From Stramenopiles sp. TOSAG23-2 (Eukaryota), in contig LT649270.1 of the NCBI GenBank assembly GCA_900128395.1, forward strand, positions 1 to 49,847: 49,847 nt of DNA, read 5' to 3'. The notes under the pieces are model-generated. The model worked only from the letters and a program-made list of their open reading frames with translations, ran no database searches and was not told the DNA's origin. Every line of letters starts with the position of its first letter. Position 1 is the first letter of the stretch. A program made the translations under genes and the position numbers. Shown in pieces: positions 45,301-49,847 of the stretch.

Positions 45301-48300
45301 CGCGCACCATATCAACCATATTATTCAATCCCAGCATCTATAATGAAACTTCATTCCCAATATTAGACCCTGTCAATACGCACATAAAGCATATAAAACA
45401 ACTAAACAATAATTATAACATGGCTGATATTCGTCCAATATTATTATCCACTCTTGCTGCGTTAGATAAAATTCATTCCCAAAGTCACGCACATAAAGCA
45501 TATAAAACAACTAAACAATAATTATAACATGGCTGATATTCGTCCAATATTATTATCCACTCTTGCTGCGTTAGATAAAATTCATTCCCAAAGTCGATTA
45601 TTAAATACCAAAGAATTAGATACCTATGAAAATATACGTTTCAATTCCAAATGTCAAGTTTGTTTTATTAATTCATTTTTCAAGCAAAATCGTCCTAGCG
45701 TTATATCACCTTTGGAATCGCCAGAAGTATTGTTAAATTCCGAATATGTTACTAAAAAATCTGACGTTTGGAGTTTTGGTTGTTTATTATTATATCTTTT
45801 ACGTGGTAAGCATATCTTTTATGGCTCAACAACTACACAAATTTTAGCTAGTATATGTCAAGCAAACTTAAATAAAGACGGCATAAGGTCAATGGTATCA
45901 GCAAAATGTGGGGAAAATGTAATTGACATCATTTCCAAATGCCTGCAACGCGTCCCATCAGAAAGACCAACGATACGAGAAATATTTAAACACAAATTTT
46001 GGGCCAAAGAAGGTTTAGGTGAGACAATGGAACAGGATATAGCAAAATATTTTACGAATAAAATTAATAATATATTATTGGACAAGAAAGTGGTAGAAGA
46101 AGAAGAAGATAGTATTGGTAATAAGAATAATAGAAAGAAATGGAACAGGATATAGCAAAATATTTTACGAATAAAATTAATAATATATTATTGGACAAGA
46201 AAGTGGTAGAAGAAGAAGAAGATAGTATTGGTAATAAGAATAATAGAAAGAGTCATCATCAAACAGATGCTGCTATTGCAAATAATAATAAAATTACCAG
46301 TGATATAGAAAGAACAACAAATGTTAAAATAGATAAAACAATTCCAATTGTAAGAGATAATATACTCCATTTAACTGTTGATAAAATTAGATTAGCATCA
46401 ACAACTGTTACATGGGCAGCAGCATTTTCACAATCTCCCGTCAAAATGGTACAGTAAGTTTATATAATAAAATATAACAAATCATCATCATCTAACGACT
46501 ATTTAATTACATTTGTACTAACATATATACATATAATCTATTAAATGTTGCGAATCTAATATATTAATGACGTTGTAATCTATAATACCAACCCTTGTCG
46601 ATCGAACATATAATAAATGCAATTGCAATTGTAACGAATATACATATATATATATATATAAATCAAACACTGTCGATCCAATAAATAATAAATGCTAAAT
46701 GCAATTGCCACCTACGCTACTACTCCTACGCTGCGCTTCACAAACATATATATATATATATAAATCAAACACTGTCGATCCAATAAATAATAAATGCTAA
46801 ATGCAATTGCCACCTACGCTACTACTCCTACGCTGCGCTTCACAAAACTTTTTTCATATTATCGTTGTATTTATCAGCATAATGTTATCGATTAATGTAT
46901 GGAAAAATGTAAATGATATGAATACATTTGGCAAAAAATTTTATGCAAATAAATGGTGTGATGGAAGTCCAATCTCTGGGACATTGGCTGATGGATCGTT
47001 TATTTCAAAGATTGGACAAAATTTTAGATATAATATTAGTTCCAAACAATTGTTTCGTGGTTTAAATCGTCATCATTTCAACAATAATAAATCACCAAAC
47101 GAGACAGCACAAAAATCTCGTGAATTAATGGCAATTATATTAATACGTTTAGAATCTATTATCATTGGCTCTGCAATAGTTCCATTATCAAATATTGGAT
47201 CCATGGGAGTAATCAATGGCTATTATCATATTACACATCAAGGAAAAATAATGGGTCAAATTAAAGTATCTGCTTGCCCAACTGCACCAAATATTATAGA
47301 TGAATCATCTTATATCCCTGTCTTATCAATGTCGTCACCAACAACAACACCATCATCATCATCATCACCACCACCCTTATCAAAAGAAAAAGAACAAAAT
47401 GATCATCAACAACAGCTGCACCAAATATTATAGATGAATCATCTTATATCCCTGTCTTATCAATGTCGTCACCAACAACAACACCATCATCATCATCATC
47501 ACCACCACCCTTATCAAAAGAAAAAGAACAAAATGATCATCAACAACAGTTGTTACCAACTGTACCAAAACTTTCAATGGAAAATCTATATGGTAGTGAT
47601 AGTAATAGTACTAATAATACAATTGACACCAATAATAGTATTAATCATAGTAGTAGGAGTAGTGGCCGCGAAGACCACTTTTTAACTTTGTTAAAAGTAA
47701 CTGGTGGAGAAGATAGTGAAGCAGCGCGATTTAAAGCCCAAGATAATGAAATAAGTATCAATATAATAATAGTATTAATCATAGTAGTAGGAGTAGTGGC
47801 CGCGAAGACCACTTTTTAACTTTGTTAAAAGTAACTGGTGGAGAAGATAGTGAAGCAGCGCGATTTAAAGCCCAAGATAATGAAATAAGTATCAATATCA
47901 AAACTCGGTTAAAAAATATTAGATCAGCAGTGGAAAATTTGAAAGTTTTTCAAAAGAATAATGGTAAAGCTCCATCATTAGAACGATTTGCTGCATCAGG
48001 AGGAACGAATAATAATGAAGAATGTGATCCGAATAATGAATTTATATATCCACCTGTTACAGTACATAGAGGACATGTCGGTGATAATAGACATTATAGC
48101 AACAATAAGATAAAAAATAAAAATAATAACAGTAATCGCCGAGACGATCATTTCTCACCTTCATCATCAAATCAACAATCATTATCAATGGCATCATCAT
48201 CATTATCATCATCCAGAAAAAATAAAAATAAAAATCGGACAAGGAGTAAATTTAATAATAATAATAATAATAATAATAGTAAAAGTATTAATAGAAAAGG

Positions 48301-48842
48301 CAGGAGTACCTCACGTAACCAACAACAACGTAAAGGACAATCACCAAAATATATTAATAATGTAGATATTGATAGTATCAATATTTTAAATAGAAGTGAT
48401 AGTAGTAGTAGTAGTAGTAATGGTAATAGTAGTGATAATATTGTTGCTGCTAATGAAAATTTTCCACCAGGATATTGATAGTATCAATATTTTAAATAGA
48501 AGTGATAGTAGTAGTAGTAGTAGTAATGGTAATAGTAGTGATAATATTGTTGCTGCTAATGAAAATTTTCCACCAGCCGATGAATATTCTTTAACACCAA
48601 GTAAAAATTTTCAACGAATGCAAAGTCGATTAGAAAAATGGTCTACTTGGTGGGAATCTCAAAATGGATCCGGAGACATGTCGTTTATCGATGATGATGA
48701 AAACGAATTTGCAAATGAAACAACTTTTACTTCTAGTAATAGTAGAAGAAGTAATAAAAGTAGAGACTCAAAAGTAATGGGAAAAAAAATAGAACTGAAT
48801 AATAATACAAGTGGCGATGGTACATGGTGGCAGGTAAAATAG
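45301..48842 (+). CDS. Pseudokinase C-lobe + C2 domain (C2CD3-like) + Ser/Asn-rich tail; frame broken only by tandem duplications
   Basis: SPEVLL...SDVWSFGCLL...CLQRVPSERPT without HRD or DFG. Intron 46454-46877 (phase 2, CA|C) joins LHLTVDKI to IIGSAIVPL...INGYYHI...GQIKVSACP. Collapsing the duplications at 45378, 46026, 47282, 47631 and 48365 links the ORF pieces through to the stop at 48842. The 5' end is uncertain (acceptor-like CAG at 45300). Confidence 0.65.
45378..45595. repeat. Perfect tandem duplication, period 109 bp
   Basis: acgcacataaagc...cccaaagtc at 45378 and 45487. Confidence 0.95.
46026..46251. repeat. Perfect tandem duplication, period 113 bp (frameshifting)
   Basis: aatggaacaggatat...tagaaaga at 46026 and 46139. 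Confidence 0.95.
46454..46877 (+). other. Spliceosomal intron carrying a sequence shared with the 43718-43840 intron
   Basis: GTAAGT donor at 46454 and ATCAG acceptor at 46877. Contains TGTCGATC..AA.....TAATAAAT units and CTCCTACGCTGCGCTTCACAAAACTTTTT. Confidence 0.75.
46642..46846. repeat. Perfect tandem duplication, period 102 bp (intronic)
   Basis: acatatatat...gcgcttcacaa at 46642 and 46744. Confidence 0.95.
47282..47549. repeat. Perfect tandem duplication, period 134 bp (frameshifting)
   Basis: ctgcaccaaatatt...caacaacag at 47282 and 47416. Confidence 0.95.
47631..47898. repeat. Perfect tandem duplication, period 134 bp (frameshifting)
   Basis: aataatagtattaatc...atcaatat at 47631 and 47765. 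Confidence 0.95.
48365..48576. repeat. Perfect tandem duplication, period 106 bp (frameshifting)
   Basis: gatattgatagtatc...ccaccag at 48365 and 48471. Confidence 0.95.
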
Positions 48843-49184
48843 AGAGATATGGTGGCACCTAATTAATTGGAGCGAGAGTGTCAGGGAGAGAGATGTGTTT
48901 TATAAAAAAATACGGGAGACACGTATTATAAAAGAAATGTTTTTTACGCACATATATTTTTTTAGACTGCTGTAGAGATATGATTATGATTATGTGTGTA
49001 TACGCGCTTGATTACGTATGATACTTCGTATTTTAGTTATATAATCATTTAATAAAAAATGTATGTAACCAGAGAGAATGGAACACTGCCACACAGGCAA
49101 AGACTACAAGCTACGCTCGTAAAATATTTTATTTTTTGAAAAACCCACACCAAAGTATCTCATCTACGAACTATATATATATAT

Positions 49185-49405
49185 CATTAAATTGGCTTAA
49201 AGCACAATGGGTCAACGAAACTTGTAGAAATCTACAAGCTAAAGTGATCAAAACCGCGGCTTTTTGCCACAACCGTGCACTTCAAGATCTTTACCCGGCT
49301 AGTTACCGATTGTTGTTCACAACAGGATCTTTCACTTTGACAGCCTCACCGCTATCGAGTGAACCCGACGTCCAGCGCGTTCAACGATTGCGCACGGAAG
49401 GATAG
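49185..49405 (+). pseudogene. Coding-like fragment adjoining repeat copy 3
   Basis: Locally higher-GC open frame (…AQWVNETCRNLQAKVIKTAAFCHNRALQDLYP…RLRTEG*) with no ATG and no recognised domain. Confidence 0.25.
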
Positions 49406-49420
49406 AAACCTACTTGTGCT

Positions 49421-49570
49421 TGTAGAGTATTAGTTTGCAGAGGTGCATTAGAGCTTTTTACTATAGTAGGATAACATATTATTCTTGCGATTGAGTATTG
49501 AGAGCATATTACTTTAACACGAGAAGTGTAAAAATATTATAACTTAGATTTTAACCACATCATTTTATAT
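49421..49570. repeat. Dispersed repeat family, copy 3
   Basis: 31 bp identical to 36066-36096, plus ttgagta...gagca and taacttagattttaaccac motifs collinear with copy 2. Confidence 0.85.
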
Positions 49571-49847
49571 GATATGCATATATATATATATAAAAGAGAA
49601 ATAAAAATTACATCAGGGTATCATATTTTTATGATAAGCCACACACACGATTTCAAGGAATTCACTATGCATATGATATGATACGTACTCGTATATTATA
49701 CGCGCGCGTATATATACAAAAATACTAGATAAAAGATTTCCATAATCTATAATGTTTCTACCTCTACCAATGTTGCTTCATTTGTTACACCGCATGTATT
49801 ATTACCAAATGTCAAGCGCATGTATCCATTTTCACCCCATGTTGGGC

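Noticed and set aside
35226-48576. Tandem repeats read as a CRISPR-like or programmed array
   Set aside because: Each is a two-copy duplication of unique local sequence. There is no shared repeat unit, no spacers and no cas genes.
46026-48576. Intron gain by tandem duplication (AGGT-containing duplicates spliced out)
   Set aside because: I found no AG|GT proto-splice site in the frameshifting duplicates that would remove exactly one copy.
1716-48842. Genome-wide alternative genetic code (TGA reassigned)
   Set aside because: Long CDSs translate cleanly with the standard code and use TGG for conserved Trp. DPAGT1 ends at TGA at its expected C-terminus.
1-49847. tRNA, rRNA, telomeric repeats, transposase or RT genes
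   Set aside because: No recognisable motifs by eye. tRNAscan-SE and Infernal would be needed to exclude small RNAs.

Overview
AT-rich, gene-dense eukaryotic nuclear DNA from a flagellated protist. The CCDC40 gene, SHIPPO-repeat and TSNAXIP1-like genes, short GT-AG introns and poly-Asn tracts support this; a stramenopile-like origin is inference only. About 16 protein genes are present: a secretory/ER JmjC oxygenase, a Kelch + 31-EGF type I membrane protein, CCDC40, a TSNAXIP1-like protein, a Ser/Thr kinase, a Tudor/Cys-rich/PDZ protein, an HCCA-isomerase/GST-kappa enzyme, an OCD/mu-crystallin enzyme, a tandem TerD protein, DPAGT1/ALG7, a SHIPPO-repeat protein, a kinesin-GOLD fusion, an EF-hand protein, a GT34 glycosyltransferase, cysteine synthase 2-like, and a pseudokinase-C2 protein. 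The assembly shows strong artefact signatures typical of whole-genome-amplified data: 13 perfect 102-137 bp tandem duplications, a spacerless 1410 bp palindrome and a chimeric GC-rich start. Best biological leads are (1) cysteine synthase and GT34 in one frame, separated only by TGA-CAA-TCA, a CAR-YYA readthrough context; (2) two introns in unrelated genes sharing a homologous sequence (introner-like); (3) the kinesin-GOLD fusion; (4) an ER-type JmjC enzyme next to an EGF-array protein; and (5) a dispersed repeat family downstream of gene ends. No rRNA, tRNA or CRISPR was seen.
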